Source: Oscillospiraceae bacterium (GTDB lineage Bacteria; Bacillota; Clostridia; Oscillospirales; Acutalibacteraceae). Taken from it: DNA of 64,000 nucleotides. The DNA is taken from NCBI GenBank assembly GCA_029227055.1, contig JAQXZE010000038.1, positions 1,186-65,185 of the forward strand. The letters are read 5' to 3'. A program made the translations under genes and the position numbers. The notes under the pieces are model-generated. The model searched no databases, had not been told where the DNA came from, and saw nothing but the letters and a program-made list of their open reading frames with translations. This document shows, in pieces, positions 48,657 through 60,365 of the stretch (its first letter is position 1; each line of letters opens with the position of its first letter).

Positions 48657-48980
48657 ATGAATAAACTTCACATTAAAACAGGTGATACCGTAGTTCTCTT
48701 AACAGGAGATAAAGAAGACCGCAAGAAGACCGGTAAGGTACTTGAAGTTAGCCCCAAAGAGGGTAAAGTAATTGTTGAGGGTCTTAACAAGGTTAAGAAG
48801 CATGTTAAACCCCGCAAAGCCGGCGACCCTTCAGGAATCATTGAGACCGAGAGCGCAATCTACGCTTGTAAGGTACAGGTTGTTTGCCCCAAGTGCAACA
48901 AGCCTACCAGAATCGGTACTAAGGTTTATGAAGATGGCAAAAAAGACCGCCTATGCAAAAAGTGCGGCGAAACTTTTTAA
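48657..48980 (+). CDS. rplX: 50S ribosomal protein L24 (with C4 zinc ribbon)
   Basis: KOW motif GDTVVLLTGDKEDRKKTGKV. CPKC...CKKC C-terminal ribbon. Confidence 0.95.
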   Translation: MNKLHIKTGDTVVLLTGDKEDRKKTGKVLEVSPKEGKVIVEGLNKVKKHVKPRKAGDPSGIIETESAIYACKVQVVCPKCNKPTRIGTKVYEDGKKDRLCKKCGETF

Positions 48981-48998
48981 GAGTAAGGAGGACATGAC

Positions 48999-49538
48999 AT
49001 GTCAATTCTTGGGAACGAGTATAAGAAAACAATCGCTCCTGCATTGATGACAAAGTTTGGTTACAAGAGCGTCATGCAGATTCCGAAGCTCGACAAAGTT
49101 GTTATTAATGTAGGCTGTGGTGAAGCAAAGGATAACGCTAAGGCTATCGATGCTATCATCTCAGATCTCGGCAAGATTACCGGCCAGAAGGCAGTTCCTT
49201 GCCGTGCTAAGAAGTCCGTTGCGAACTTTAAACTTCGTGAAGGTATGCCTATCGGTGTAAAGGTTACACTTAGAGGCGAGAGAATGTACGAATTCGTACA
49301 GAGACTCTTCGATACAGCCCTTCCCCGTGTTCGTGACTTCAGAGGAATCAACCCCAACGCTTTCGACGGCAGAGGAAACTATGCTATGGGCGTTAAGGAG
49401 CAGTTAATTTTCCCTGAAATCGAGTACGATAAAATCGACAAGGTTCGCGGAATGGATATTATTTTTGTTACAACCGCTAAAACAGACGAAGAAGCTCGAG
49501 AGCTGATTACACTTATGGGCGCTCCGTTTGCGAAGTAA
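48999..49538 (+). CDS. rplE: 50S ribosomal protein L5
   Basis: Operon order. [24 protein letters not shown]. Confidence 0.96.
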   Translation: MSILGNEYKKTIAPALMTKFGYKSVMQIPKLDKVVINVGCGEAKDNAKAIDAIISDLGKITGQKAVPCRAKKSVANFKLREGMPIGVKVTLRGERMYEFVQRLFDTALPRVRDFRGINPNAFDGRGNYAMGVKEQLIFPEIEYDKIDKVRGMDIIFVTTAKTDEEARELITLMGAPFAK

Positions 49539-49549
49539 GGATAAGTGTA

Positions 49550-49735
49550 ATGGCTAAAACAGCAATGAAAATCAAGCAGGCAAGACCTGAAAAGTTTTCT
49601 ACACGAGAATATAACAGATGTAAAATCTGCGGCCGCCCCCATGCTTATCTTCGCAAGTACGGTATCTGTCGTATATGCTTCAGAGAACTCGCTTATAAGG
49701 GCGAAATTCCTGGAGTAAAGAAGGCAAGCTGGTAA
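49550..49735 (+). CDS. rpsN: 30S ribosomal protein S14 type Z (zinc-binding)
   Basis: 61 aa; CKICGRPH...CRIC. Confidence 0.96.
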   Translation: MAKTAMKIKQARPEKFSTREYNRCKICGRPHAYLRKYGICRICFRELAYKGEIPGVKKASW

Positions 49736-49765
49736 AAGGCGCAAAGCTTAAAGGAGGTTTACGGC

Positions 49766-50164
49766 ATGCAAATTACCGATACAATAGCTGATATGCTTAC
49801 CAGAATTCGTAACGCATCTTCAGCAAAACATGATTCGGTAGATGTACCTGCGTCCAATGTAAAAAAGGCTATTGCTCAGATTTTACTTGATGAAGGTTAC
49901 ATCAGCAGCTTTCAGGTCATTGATGACGGAAAGCAGGGCGTAATTCACATTGTGTTGAAGTACGGTCACAATAAGACACAGATCATTACCGGAATCCGTC
50001 GTGTTTCCAAGCCAGGTCTGCGTATTTATACAAATGTAGAGGATATGCCTAAGGTTATGAAAGGCCTTGGTATTGCAATCCTTTCCACCTCTAAGGGAAT
50101 CATGACTGATAAGCAGGCTCGTGCTAACAATGTTGGCGGCGAAGTTCTAGCTTATGTCTGGTAA
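49766..50164 (+). CDS. rpsH: 30S ribosomal protein S8
   Basis: [14 protein letters not shown]-terminus. Confidence 0.97.
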   Translation: MQITDTIADMLTRIRNASSAKHDSVDVPASNVKKAIAQILLDEGYISSFQVIDDGKQGVIHIVLKYGHNKTQIITGIRRVSKPGLRIYTNVEDMPKVMKGLGIAILSTSKGIMTDKQARANNVGGEVLAYVW

Positions 50165-50178
50165 GGAGGTGCAACTAA

Positions 50179-50727
50179 ATGTCTCGTATAGGAAAGAAGC
50201 CGATTATAATTCCGGCAGGAGTTGAGGTTAAGCTTGACGGTAACAACATTACTGTTAAGGGCCCTAAGGGTCAGCTTGACTACACTTTTAATTCAGATAT
50301 CAGCGTTGAAGTTGCAGGTAGCGAAATTAACGTTACCCGTCCCGATGATAATAAGGAACATCGTTCACTTCACGGTTTAACCCGTACACTTATCGCTAAT
50401 ATGATCGAGGGTGTTACAAACGGTTACTCCAAGGAGTTAAACATCAACGGTGTTGGTTACCGTGCACAGAAGCAGGGTAACAATTTAGTTATGAACCTCG
50501 GTTTTTCACATCAGGTTATCGTTAGTGAAGTACCGGGTATAAAGATTGAAGTACCGGAACCGACAAAGATTATCATTTCCGGTATCGATAAGCAGCAGGT
50601 AGGCCAGTTTGCAGCAGATGTTCGTAAGAACCGTCCGCCCGAGCCTTATAAGGGTAAAGGTATTAAGTACGTTGACGAGTATATCCGCCGCAAGGAAGGT
50701 AAGGCCGCCAAGGGTGCTAAGAAATAA
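50179..50727 (+). CDS. rplF: 50S ribosomal protein L6
   Basis: [18 protein letters not shown]-terminus. Confidence 0.97.
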   Translation: MSRIGKKPIIIPAGVEVKLDGNNITVKGPKGQLDYTFNSDISVEVAGSEINVTRPDDNKEHRSLHGLTRTLIANMIEGVTNGYSKELNINGVGYRAQKQGNNLVMNLGFSHQVIVSEVPGIKIEVPEPTKIIISGIDKQQVGQFAADVRKNRPPEPYKGKGIKYVDEYIRRKEGKAAKGAKK

Positions 50728-50745
50728 TAAAGGAGTGTTTTTAGA

Positions 50746-51105
50746 ATGGTTACTAAACCTAACAGCAATCAGGCAAGACTTAAGCGTCACGCTCGTGTTC
50801 GTGCTAAAATCAGCGGCACAGCAGCTTGTCCTCGCCTTGATGTATTCCGCTCCAACAGCCATATATACGCCCAGCTTATCGACGATGTAAACGGCGTAAC
50901 TCTCGCAGCAGCAGGTTCCAACGAAAAAGATTTCGGTGCTACCGGTTCTAACTGCGAAGGCGCTCGTAAGGTTGGACAGTTAATTGCTGCACGTGCTGCT
51001 GAAAAGGGCATTACCGAGGTTGTTTTCGACCGTGGCGGTTATGTTTATCACGGACGTGTTAAGGAGCTTGCCGAAGGTGCCCGTGAGGGCGGCCTCAAGT
51101 TCTAA
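50746..51105 (+). CDS. rplR: 50S ribosomal protein L18
   Basis: [15 protein letters not shown]...[14 protein letters not shown]. Confidence 0.96.
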   Translation: MVTKPNSNQARLKRHARVRAKISGTAACPRLDVFRSNSHIYAQLIDDVNGVTLAAAGSNEKDFGATGSNCEGARKVGQLIAARAAEKGITEVVFDRGGYVYHGRVKELAEGAREGGLKF

Positions 51106-51123
51106 GAAGGAGGAGGAATACTT

Positions 51124-51627
51124 TTGGCCACTAATATCGATGCAACAACTTTAGATTTAAAGGAACGCGTAGTCGCTATAAACCGTGTTTCTAAGACAGT
51201 TAAAGGCGGACGCATTATGAAGTTCTCGGCTTTAGTAGTTGTCGGTGACGGCAATGGTATCGTAGGTTACGGTATGGGTAAAGCAGGCGAAGTTCCGGAT
51301 GCAATCCGCAAGGGTATTGAAGATGCCAAGAAGAATCTCATTAAGGTTTCTCTAAAAGGTACAACTATTCCGCACGAAATCATTGGTGAATTCGGCGCAG
51401 GCCGCGTTCTTATGAAACCCGCTGCTCCCGGTACCGGTGTTATTGCCGGCGGTGCAGTTCGTGCCGTTGTAGAAATGGTTGGTATCAAGGATATCCGTAC
51501 AAAAGCTTTAAGATCCAATAACCCCTGCAATGTAGTTCGCGCAACTGTTGAGGGCCTTGCTGCTCTCCGTGATGCAGAACAGGTTGCTGCCCTTCGCGGC
51601 AAGTCGGTTAAGGAAATCTTAGGTTAA
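51124..51627 (+). CDS. rpsE: 30S ribosomal protein S5
   Basis: [15 protein letters not shown] motif. TTG start after a GGAGGAGG RBS. Confidence 0.96.
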   Translation: MATNIDATTLDLKERVVAINRVSKTVKGGRIMKFSALVVVGDGNGIVGYGMGKAGEVPDAIRKGIEDAKKNLIKVSLKGTTIPHEIIGEFGAGRVLMKPAAPGTGVIAGGAVRAVVEMVGIKDIRTKALRSNNPCNVVRATVEGLAALRDAEQVAALRGKSVKEILG

Positions 51628-51641
51628 GGAGGAGCAGCATT

Positions 51642-51839
51642 ATGGCAACAAAGAAAAAGGCTGCTGGCCTTAAAATTAAGCTTGTTAAAAGTGTAATTGG
51701 TTCTAAGAAGGACCAGATTGCTACTGTTGAAGCGCTTGGTCTTCATAAGGTGGGCGACATTACAATTCAGCCCGACAATGCACAGACTAAAGGCAAGATC
51801 AACAAGGTATGTCATCTTGTTGAGGTTATTGCGGATTAA
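51642..51839 (+). CDS. rpmD: 50S ribosomal protein L30
   Basis: Operon order. [11 protein letters not shown]...TVEALGL. Confidence 0.94.
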   Translation: MATKKKAAGLKIKLVKSVIGSKKDQIATVEALGLHKVGDITIQPDNAQTKGKINKVCHLVEVIAD

Positions 51840-51889
51840 TTTCCGTACATGCCGTGATTCACGGCGAATCAAGCAAGGAGGTGCGAACT

Positions 51890-52330
51890 ATGAAATTGCA
51901 TGAATTATCTCCGGCTTTAGGCTCCACTAAGGAGGCAAAGCGTATCGGCAGAGGTCATGGTTCCGGCAACGGTAAAACTGCCGGAAAAGGTCACAAGGGA
52001 CAGAAGGCACGTGCAGGTCGTGGTATTAGACCCGGCTTCGAAGGCGGTCAGATGCCTCTTCAGAGACGAGTACCGAAGCGCGGCTTCAACAATATTTTTG
52101 CTGAGGCTTGGATTGCTATCAATGTTTCCGCCCTTGAGGCGTTTGAAGACGGTGCAACAGTAGATGCTGCTGCTCTCGTTGAAAAGAGAATAATCAAAAA
52201 GGCAGATTGCCCGGTTAAAGTTTTAGGAAACGGCAAGCTCACAAAGAAGCTTACTGTTAATCTTAATGCATTCTCCGCTACTGCTGCAGAGAAAATCAAT
52301 GCTGCAGGCGGAAAGGCTGAGGTGATCTAA
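51890..52330 (+). CDS. rplO: 50S ribosomal protein L15
   Basis: [35 protein letters not shown] lies 7 nt before ATG 51890. Confidence 0.96.
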   Translation: MKLHELSPALGSTKEAKRIGRGHGSGNGKTAGKGHKGQKARAGRGIRPGFEGGQMPLQRRVPKRGFNNIFAEAWIAINVSALEAFEDGATVDAAALVEKRIIKKADCPVKVLGNGKLTKKLTVNLNAFSATAAEKINAAGGKAEVI

Positions 52331-52331
52331 G

Positions 52332-53609
52332 ATGCTGGAAACATTGAAAAACGCATGGAAGATTAAAGAAATCCGCAACAAGATTTTATTTACTATTCTT
52401 ATCATAGCAATTTTCCGCATTGGCTCGGTTGTTCCGGTTCCGTATATTGATGTTGCTGCACTAAAGGCTGCAACTGCAAGCGGAGCTGCAAATGAGTTTT
52501 TCAGTTATTTATCAATTCTCACCGGTGGTGGACTTGAATACGGCGCTATCTTCGCAATGTCGGTAACACCGTACATCAACTCTTCAATTATCATTCAGCT
52601 TTTATGCGTTGCTATTCCCGCTCTTGAGCGTTTGCAGAAGGAAGGGGAAGAGGGACAGAAGAAATTAGCTCAGATTACCCGTTATGCTACAGCTATTTTA
52701 GCTCTCATACAAGGTACAGCATTCTTCTTCTATCTCAAAAACAGCAACTATTTAAGCGTTAAGGGCGGCGCAACAGTTTTCGCTGCGTTCGTTATTGTTC
52801 TTGCTTTCACAGCAGGTTCAACCTTAGTAATGTGGCTCGGTGAGCAGATTGACGCTAAGGGTATTGGCAACGGCATTTCGATGTTGTTGTTTGCAGGTAT
52901 CATTTCTAGAGGTCCTGCAGCTTTCAATGCACTTTTAGCTTATTGGAAGTTAGGCCAGTATGTTGCCGTAATCGGCATCGTATTGATTTTCCTTGTCATC
53001 ATAGCATTTATTGTTTGGATGACAAACGCAGAACGTCGTATTCCCGTACAGTATGCAAAGCGTGTTGTTGGTAATAAGATGTATGGCGGTCAGAACACTC
53101 ATATTCCGATTAAGGTTAATATGTCAGGTGTTATGCCCATCATCTTTGCATCATCCATTTTGATGCTCCCCACAATGATTTTAAGCTTTATGAAGAATGC
53201 AAATCACTGGTTCTATAAAGCTCTTACACTTTTCAGTGTTCAGGGAATTTTCTACGCAGTAATTTATTTCCTTCTCATTATCGGATTTGCTTATTTCTAT
53301 TCAACAATACAGTTCAATCCCGTTGAGATGGCAAATAATCTTCGTAAAAACGGCGGTGCGGTTCCGGGTATTCGTCCCGGCAAGCCCACTTCTGATTTCA
53401 TTTCCAAGATTTTGTCAAGAATTACATTAATGGGCGCTATCTTCTTAAGCGTTATCGCAATTCTTCCTATAATCATCGGTTCTGTCGGCGGAATCAACAT
53501 TTCGCTCGGTGGTACATCGGTACTAATTATGGTAGGCGTTGCACTTGATACCGTTAAGAATGTTGAATCTCAGATGATGATGCGTCACTATAAAGGATTT
53601 CTTGATTAA
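52332..53609 (+). CDS. secY: preprotein translocase subunit SecY
   Basis: 10-TM protein in the canonical position after rplO. Confidence 0.97.
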   Translation: MLETLKNAWKIKEIRNKILFTILIIAIFRIGSVVPVPYIDVAALKAATASGAANEFFSYLSILTGGGLEYGAIFAMSVTPYINSSIIIQLLCVAIPALERLQKEGEEGQKKLAQITRYATAILALIQGTAFFFYLKNSNYLSVKGGATVFAAFVIVLAFTAGSTLVMWLGEQIDAKGIGNGISMLLFAGIISRGPAAFNALLAYWKLGQYVAVIGIVLIFLVIIAFIVWMTNAERRIPVQYAKRVVGNKMYGGQNTHIPIKVNMSGVMPIIFASSILMLPTMILSFMKNANHWFYKALTLFSVQGIFYAVIYFLLIIGFAYFYSTIQFNPVEMANNLRKNGGAVPGIRPGKPTSDFISKILSRITLMGAIFLSVIAILPIIIGSVGGINISLGGTSVLIMVGVALDTVKNVESQMMMRHYKGFLD

Positions 53610-53616
53610 GGGGTAA

Positions 53617-54258
<642 letters not shown>

Positions 54259-54261
54259 TGT

Positions 54262-55011
54262 ATGGTAGTGCTTAAAACCGGTCGTGAGCTTTCAATAATG
54301 AAGGAAGCTTGCAGAATATCGGCCGGAGCTTTACAGGTTATCAGAGATGCAGTAGAGCCGGGTATTACAACGGCTGAGCTTGACAGGATAGCGGAAAAAT
54401 ATATTTTAAGTCAGGGTGCTGTCCCAAACTTTAAAAATTATCAGGGTTATCCTGCCACTGCCTGCATTTCAGTTAATAACGAGGTTATTCACGGCATACC
54501 ATCTGAGAAACGCAAACTCGTCAGCGGAGATATCGTCAGCGTTGACTTGGGAGCGGTGTTTAACGGATATCACGGCGATAATGCTGCTACTTTCGCAGTC
54601 GGAGATATTTCCGATGAAGCGAAGCGGCTGATAGACACAACACGCGAAAGCTTATATGAGGCGATTCGTATGGCGTGTCCCGGCAACAGAATCGGCGATA
54701 TCGGTTATGCAGTTCAGAAGTATGTTGAGGATAGGGGATATTCGGTTGTCCGTCAGTTTGTCGGTCACGGAATAGGAACCCATCTTCACGAAGCCCCCGA
54801 AGTGCCGAACTTCGGCACACCCGGAAGGGGAATTCGACTTTTGCCCGGTATGACACTTGCCATCGAACCGATGATAAATATCGGTAAGGGGGACGTAAAA
54901 ATTATGCCGGATGGTTGGACTGTTCTCACAAAAGACGGTTCGTTATCTGCCCATTTCGAACACACCGTTGCAATGACTCCCGATGGGCCGCAAATTATGA
55001 CAGTAGTTTGA
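54262..55011 (+). CDS. map: type I methionine aminopeptidase
   Basis: Metal-ligand contexts VSVDLG, FVGHGIG and LAIEPM. Confidence 0.96.
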   Translation: MVVLKTGRELSIMKEACRISAGALQVIRDAVEPGITTAELDRIAEKYILSQGAVPNFKNYQGYPATACISVNNEVIHGIPSEKRKLVSGDIVSVDLGAVFNGYHGDNAATFAVGDISDEAKRLIDTTRESLYEAIRMACPGNRIGDIGYAVQKYVEDRGYSVVRQFVGHGIGTHLHEAPEVPNFGTPGRGIRLLPGMTLAIEPMINIGKGDVKIMPDGWTVLTKDGSLSAHFEHTVAMTPDGPQIMTVV

Positions 55012-55019
55012 GGTGCATT

Positions 55020-55277
55020 ATGAGAGGCAGGGTTGTTTGTTCAAAGGCAGGAAGAGATAAAGGTAAATTTATGGTAATAGTAGGAAGTTCAGACTCGCAT
55101 TTCTATCTTTGCGATGGCAAGGAAAGACCGCTTGAACGACCGAAAAGTAAAATTAGAAAACACATACAGTTTACTAACTGTGTTTTTGAGGAAAAACAGT
55201 TTCTAACCAATAAATCACTGCGCCGAGCTTTAGCGGAGTACCGCTCAAAAGACGGACAAATGCAAGAGGAGGATTAA
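55020..55277 (+). CDS. KOW-domain small RNA-binding protein
   Basis: 85 aa; [17 protein letters not shown]. Conserved slot between map and infA in Clostridia. GAGGTG RBS before ATG 55020. Confidence 0.8.
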   Translation: MRGRVVCSKAGRDKGKFMVIVGSSDSHFYLCDGKERPLERPKSKIRKHIQFTNCVFEEKQFLTNKSLRRALAEYRSKDGQMQEED

Positions 55278-55281
55278 TTCT

Positions 55282-55500
55282 ATGTCAAAAGAAGATATGA
55301 TTGAATTAGAGGGCGTCGTTGTTGAATCTATGCCTAATGCAATGTTCAAGGTAGAAATACAGGGAGGACATACAATTTTAGCCCACATCTCAGGAAAGCT
55401 TCGTATGAACTTTATACGAATTCTTCCCGGAGATAAGGTTACAGTTGAAATGTCTCCGTACGACTTATCTAAAGGACGTATTACTTGGCGTTCCAAGTAA
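55282..55500 (+). CDS. infA: translation initiation factor IF-1
   Basis: [21 protein letters not shown]...GH..LAHISGK. Confidence 0.97.
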   Translation: MSKEDMIELEGVVVESMPNAMFKVEIQGGHTILAHISGKLRMNFIRILPGDKVTVEMSPYDLSKGRITWRSK

Positions 55501-55527
55501 TAGTCACATTAAAGGAGGTAAAATCTC

Positions 55528-55641
55528 ATGAAAGTCAGACCTTCTGTTAAAAAGATTTGTGAGAAATGCAAAATCATCAAGCGCAAGGGCAAAATCATGG
55601 TTATCTGTGAAAACCCGAAGCATAAACAGCGTCAGGGTTAA
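55528..55641 (+). CDS. rpmJ: 50S ribosomal protein L36 (37 aa, below ORF-track cutoff)
   Basis: Hand translation [47 protein letters not shown]. Confidence 0.96.
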   Translation: MKVRPSVKKICEKCKIIKRKGKIMVICENPKHKQRQG

Positions 55642-55678
55642 TTTCCTGACATACAAGAATTTGGAGGTGCTTTGATAA

Positions 55679-56047
55679 ATGGCACGTATTGCTGGTGTTG
55701 ACCTTCCGAACGAGAAGCGAGTTGAAATCGGACTCACTTACATTTTCGGTATTGGTCTTACAACATCTAAAGAAATCCTTAAAAGTACCGGCATTAATCC
55801 CGATACAAGAGTAAAGGATTTGACAGAAGACGATATTTCTAAGCTACGTGAATACATCGACCACAACCTTCAGGTTGAAGGTGACCGTCGCCGTTCCATC
55901 GCTTTAGATATCAAAAGACTTATTGAAATTGGAAGCTATAGAGGTCTTCGTCATCGCAAGGGCTTACCCGTAAGAGGTCAGCGTTCAAAGACTAATGCGC
56001 GTACACGCAAGGGTCCGAAGAAGACAATAGCTAACAAGAAGAAATAA
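55679..56047 (+). CDS. rpsM: 30S ribosomal protein S13
   Basis: [11 protein letters not shown]-terminus. Confidence 0.97.
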   Translation: MARIAGVDLPNEKRVEIGLTYIFGIGLTTSKEILKSTGINPDTRVKDLTEDDISKLREYIDHNLQVEGDRRRSIALDIKRLIEIGSYRGLRHRKGLPVRGQRSKTNARTRKGPKKTIANKKK

Positions 56048-56063
56048 GTAGGAGGAAGATAAT

Positions 56064-56465
56064 ATGGCTACTGCTAAAGGAAAGACAACTGCTACTCGCA
56101 GACGTCGTGAAAAGAAAAATATTGAACGTGGTGCCGCCCATATTCAGTCTACCTTCAACAACACAATAGTAACTATTACCGATACTCAGGGCAACGCTCT
56201 TTCATGGGCATCTGCAGGCGAGCTCGGTTTTAGAGGCTCAAGAAAGTCCACTCCCTTTGCAGCACAGAGCGCTGCAGAGACAGCTGCTAAGGCTGCTATG
56301 GAGCATGGTCTTAAGACTGTTGAGGTTTACGTTAAGGGTCCCGGCGCCGGACGCGAAGCTGCTATCCGCGCTTTACAGTCCGCAGGTCTCGAGGTTAGCA
56401 TGATTAAGGATGTTACCCCGATTCCACACAATGGTTGCCGTCCTCCCAAGAGAAGACGCGTATGA
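56064..56465 (+). CDS. rpsK: 30S ribosomal protein S11
   Basis: [16 protein letters not shown] motif. Confidence 0.97.
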   Translation: MATAKGKTTATRRRREKKNIERGAAHIQSTFNNTIVTITDTQGNALSWASAGELGFRGSRKSTPFAAQSAAETAAKAAMEHGLKTVEVYVKGPGAGREAAIRALQSAGLEVSMIKDVTPIPHNGCRPPKRRRV

Positions 56466-56513
56466 TTTATTTACAGGTTGCCTAAAAGGCAAAATATTAT
56501 GGAGGTGTAACAG

Positions 56514-57140
56514 ATGGCAAGATATACCGGAGCAGTTTGCAGACTTTGCCGCCGCGAAGGCCAGAAGCTTTTCTTAAAGGGCGAACGCTGCTATTCTGAC
56601 AAATGTTCCGTAGGCATCCGCGGTTATGCACCCGGACAGCACGGACAGGGTAGAAAGAAATCATCTGAATATGGCTTACAGTTACGCGCAAAGCAAACTG
56701 CAAGACGTTTTTACGGTGTTCAGGAAAAACAGTTCCATCATTACTTTGAGATTGCTGAAAGAAAGCAGGGTATCACTGGTGATAACCTTCTCCGCATTCT
56801 TGAGAGCCGTCTTGATAATGTAGTTTACAGAGCAGGCTTTGCTTCTTCCAGAGCGGAAGCTAGACAGCTTGTTGGTCACGGTCATTTTGAAGTTGACGGT
56901 CACCGTGTTGATATTGCTTCTTACTTGCTCAAAGCAGGCGAGACAGTATCTATTTGTGAGAAGAGCCGTCAGAGCGAAAAGATTAAGGCTGTTGTAGAAG
57001 CTAACTCTGCAAGACCTGTTCCCACTTGGTTAGATATCAACCGTGAGCAGTTATCTGTTAAGGTTGTTAACCTTCCCGAGCGTGAGCAGATTGAAGCACC
57101 TGTTCAGGAACAGCTTATCGTAGAATTCTATTCTAAGTAA
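56514..57140 (+). CDS. rpsD: 30S ribosomal protein S4
   Basis: [17 protein letters not shown]-terminus with a zinc-type Cys cluster. Confidence 0.97.
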   Translation: MARYTGAVCRLCRREGQKLFLKGERCYSDKCSVGIRGYAPGQHGQGRKKSSEYGLQLRAKQTARRFYGVQEKQFHHYFEIAERKQGITGDNLLRILESRLDNVVYRAGFASSRAEARQLVGHGHFEVDGHRVDIASYLLKAGETVSICEKSRQSEKIKAVVEANSARPVPTWLDINREQLSVKVVNLPEREQIEAPVQEQLIVEFYSK

Positions 57141-57219
57141 TCTGATTAGTAACCTAAATATCTACCGTGTCTGGATATTTAGAGTAAAAATATTAAGCAC
57201 GGAGAAACGGAGCTTTTAA

Positions 57220-58170
57220 ATGATAGAAATTGAAAAGCCCAGAATTGAAACTCTCGAGTTGTCTGATGACGGTAAATACGGCAAATTCGTAATGGAGCCG
57301 CTTGAGAGAGGCTATGCTACTACACTTGGTAACAGTATGAGAAGAGTTCTTCTTTCCATACTCCCCGGTGTTGCAGTTACCTCTGTTAAGATTGACGGTG
57401 TTCTTCACGAATTTACCACAATTCCCGGAGTAAAAGAAGACGTTACAGAGATTATCCTTAATCTTAAAGGTCTTATTGCAAAGCTTCACTCTAAAACAGA
57501 GAAGAAGGTTTACATTGAAGCAGAAGGTCCTTGTGATGTAACAGCTGCTTTTATTAAGGCTGATTCAGAGGTTGAGATTCTTAATACCGATATGCATATT
57601 GCAACTCTTGACGAGGGTGCAACTCTTAATATGGAGATTACTCTTGATAAGGGCAGGGGCTATGTTTCTGCAGAGCAGAACAAGTTATCTCAGAATGTTA
57701 TCGGTGTTATTCCAGTTGACTCAATTTATACACCTATATTAAAAGCAAACTTTTCAGTAGACAATACCCGTGTAGGCGACGTTACCGATAAGGGCAAGCT
57801 TACTTTAGAGGTATGGACTGATGGCTCAATGGCAGCAGATGCTGCAGTATCAATGTCTGCAAAGATTTTGATTGAGCATTTTGAGCTTTTCCTTAATCTT
57901 TCTGAGGGCGTTAGCGAAACAGAAAGCATTATGGCTGAAAAGAGCGAAAACGCTAAGGAAAAGGTTTTAGACCTTACAATTGATGAGCTTGACTTATCAG
58001 TTCGTAGCTTTAACTGCCTTAAGCGTGCAGGTATTAACACAGTTGAGGACCTTATCGGCAAGTCTGAAGAAGATATGATGAAGGTAAGGAACCTCGGTCA
58101 TAAGTCTCTTGAAGAGGTTATAGCAAAGCTGGCTTCGTTCGGCTTTACCCTCAAAAAAGAGGAAGAATAA
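57220..58170 (+). CDS. rpoA: DNA-directed RNA polymerase subunit alpha
   Basis: [22 protein letters not shown] and [17 protein letters not shown]. Confidence 0.97.
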   Translation: MIEIEKPRIETLELSDDGKYGKFVMEPLERGYATTLGNSMRRVLLSILPGVAVTSVKIDGVLHEFTTIPGVKEDVTEIILNLKGLIAKLHSKTEKKVYIEAEGPCDVTAAFIKADSEVEILNTDMHIATLDEGATLNMEITLDKGRGYVSAEQNKLSQNVIGVIPVDSIYTPILKANFSVDNTRVGDVTDKGKLTLEVWTDGSMAADAAVSMSAKILIEHFELFLNLSEGVSETESIMAEKSENAKEKVLDLTIDELDLSVRSFNCLKRAGINTVEDLIGKSEEDMMKVRNLGHKSLEEVIAKLASFGFTLKKEEE

Positions 58171-58183
58171 GGAGTGAATATAA

Positions 58184-58525
58184 ATGCCAGGAACCCGTAA
58201 ACTCGGAAGAACTAGCGACCATAGAACTGCTATGCTCAGAGCGATGGTAACATATTTGCTTGAAAACGGCAAAATTGAGACTACCGTAACCAGAGCTAAA
58301 GAAGTTAGAGCTATGGCTGAGAAATATATTACACTCGCTAAGGATAACAGCCTTAACAACAAGCGTCAGGCATTAGCTTTCATTACTAAGGAAGATGTTG
58401 TTGCAAAACTTTTCAACGAAATCGCTCCTAAGTATTCTGAAGTTAAAGGCGGATACTGCCGTATTACAAAAACCGGTCCCCGCCGCGGTGACGCTGCTGA
58501 AATGGCTATTATTGAGTTGGTTTAA
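58184..58525 (+). CDS. rplQ: 50S ribosomal protein L17
   Basis: [13 protein letters not shown] motif after rpoA. Confidence 0.97.
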   Translation: MPGTRKLGRTSDHRTAMLRAMVTYLLENGKIETTVTRAKEVRAMAEKYITLAKDNSLNNKRQALAFITKEDVVAKLFNEIAPKYSEVKGGYCRITKTGPRRGDAAEMAIIELV

Positions 58526-58627
58526 TTTCTCATCAATTTTAGTACTCACATTTTCAAGACGTAAGAGTTCTTATGTATACACGCAACATGTAGATGATGT
58601 GTGTACTAAAAGCTGTTTTACAGTTCT

Positions 58628-58660
58628 TAAAAGCTGCCTTTATAAAAAGGCAGCTTTTTA
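58628..58660 (+). terminator. rho-independent terminator of the alpha operon
   Basis: Stem AAAGCTGCC/GGCAGCTTT followed by TTTATATTT. Confidence 0.85.
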
Positions 58661-58699
58661 TATTTAATAATAAATTTATATAATTTTGTGAAATAACTA

Positions 58700-58729
58700 T
58701 TGACAAATCCCCCCTAAAAGTGGGATAAT
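58700..58729 (+). promoter_or_regulatory. sigma-A-type promoter for rsmD-coaD
   Basis: TTGACA - 18 nt - GATAAT with TG at the extended -10 position. Confidence 0.6.
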
Positions 58730-58785
58730 ATAGATGTTAGTGTAGAGTGTTGCACCTATGCTTAATTTATCTTTTTGGTGATGCA

Positions 58786-59340
58786 ATGCGTGTAATAACA
58801 GGTACTGCTAAAGGCCGACGTCTTATAACCCCTGAGGGTAGTGACATTGTTCGTCCTACCTCGGAAAAGGTTAAAGAGGCTATATTTAGCGCGATACAGT
58901 TTGACATAGAGGGAAGACGTGTGCTTGACCTGTTTGCAGGCTCAGGTCAGCTTGGCATCGAGGCTTTAAGCCGAGGCGCTAAGAGTGCAGTTTTTATTGA
59001 TGCTTCGTCAACCTCTGTAGATATTATTAAGAAGAACCTTAAGACTACTGATTTAGAAGAAAAGGCTCGAGTTATAAGAGGGGATTATAAGGTTTTCTTA
59101 AAATCCAGTAAGGATATATTTGATATAATCTTTTTAGACCCGCCTTATAATAAAGGTCTTCTTGAGGATGCGCTTAATAGCGCTGTAAAGATTGCAAGTG
59201 ACTATGCGGTTATTATTTGTGAGCATCCAATAGATGCTAAACTTGCAGATAAGATTTGTGATTTTGAGATTAGCCGTACTTATAGATACGGAAAAATTGC
59301 TCTTACGCTTTACAGAAAAGTGGGTAAGGAAAATGAATGA
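58786..59340 (+). CDS. rsmD: 16S rRNA (guanine966-N2)-methyltransferase
   Basis: MRVITG..KGR.L, SAM-binding LDLFAGSGQLGIEALSRGA and LDPPY motif. Confidence 0.9.
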   Translation: MRVITGTAKGRRLITPEGSDIVRPTSEKVKEAIFSAIQFDIEGRRVLDLFAGSGQLGIEALSRGAKSAVFIDASSTSVDIIKKNLKTTDLEEKARVIRGDYKVFLKSSKDIFDIIFLDPPYNKGLLEDALNSAVKIASDYAVIICEHPIDAKLADKICDFEISRTYRYGKIALTLYRKVGKENE

Positions 59341-59842
59341 AAGAATAGCTATTTGCCCAGGTAGTTTTGACCCAATTACATTAGGTCATTTGGATATTAT
59401 AAACCGTGCAGCAGCAATGTTTGATAAAATTATTGTTGTTGTAATGGAAAACAGGGACAAAAAATGTTCATTTACGCCTGATGAGAGGCGAGTACTTATA
59501 GAAAAGTCGGTAGTAGGAATACAGAATGTTGAAGTAGACTGTTATGACGGACTTTTAGCAGAATATGCAGCTCAAAAGGGAGCTTGCGCAATAATTAAGG
59601 GTTTACGCGCTATGTCTGATTTCGAGTACGAATTTCAGATGGCGCTTACCAATAAAAAACTTAACCCAGATGTTGAGACATTGTTTTTAACCACAAAGGC
59701 CGAAAATATGTATCTCAGCTCAAGTATGGTTAGGCTTATAGCCAGTATGAACGGTGATATAACTGAGTTTGTGCCGCCGATTATACACGATGATATTGTA
59801 TCTAGGCTTTCAAAGTCTGCCAATAAAAATAACGGAGGATGA
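59333..59842 (+). CDS. coaD: phosphopantetheine adenylyltransferase
   Basis: CPGSFDPITLGHLDII nucleotidyltransferase motif. 8-nt overlap with rsmD. Confidence 0.95.
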   Translation: MNERIAICPGSFDPITLGHLDIINRAAAMFDKIIVVVMENRDKKCSFTPDERRVLIEKSVVGIQNVEVDCYDGLLAEYAAQKGACAIIKGLRAMSDFEYEFQMALTNKKLNPDVETLFLTTKAENMYLSSSMVRLIASMNGDITEFVPPIIHDDIVSRLSKSANKNNGG

Positions 59843-59847
59843 AAATT

Positions 59848-60315
59848 ATGACATTAGATGAATTACTAGAGCAGTTTGACGAGGTGCTTGATAGCGGAAT
59901 AAAGATTCCTGGAAGAAAAACATTGGTTGATATAGAAAAGCTTCGTGCGGTTGTTGACGATATTCGTCTTAACATACCAAGCGAAATTAAACAGGCAAGA
60001 GGTATTGTTGCTGACCGCGCTGAAATAATCTCTACTGCTAAGCGTGAGGCTGACGGTATCATTAGAAATGCAGAAGAAAATGCGAAGGCTCTTGTTGCTA
60101 AAGAAGCTATTGTAAAGATGGCTCAAGAGAAGGCAGCAGAAATTGTTGCAAACGCACAGGCAAAGAGTCGCGATATGCGTAAAGCTGCGCAGGACTTTGT
60201 TGACGATATTATGAAGCGTGCTGACGAAGGTCTTACTGCAAATTTGAGTGAAATCAGAAAGACCCGTGCAGCTCTAAAGCAGCAGATACCCACCACAGCA
60301 AACAAAGAAAATTAA
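59848..60315 (+). CDS. hypothetical coiled-coil protein
   Basis: Ala/Lys/Glu-rich heptad-like sequence (resembles ATPase b/E-subunit-like coiled coils). GGAGG lies 9 nt before ATG 59848. Confidence 0.6.
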   Translation: MTLDELLEQFDEVLDSGIKIPGRKTLVDIEKLRAVVDDIRLNIPSEIKQARGIVADRAEIISTAKREADGIIRNAEENAKALVAKEAIVKMAQEKAAEIVANAQAKSRDMRKAAQDFVDDIMKRADEGLTANLSEIRKTRAALKQQIPTTANKEN

Positions 60316-60365
60316 TCCTTAAGGTTTAGTTTCAGGCAATATATTTATTTTCATTTGGAGTTACT

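Noticed and set aside
56478-56492. Small hairpin TTGCC-TAAAA-GGCAA just upstream of the rpsD RBS, considered as a possible S4 autoregulatory leader.
   Set aside because: It has only 5 bp in a 48-nt spacer, which is too little structure to claim an operator without comparative data.
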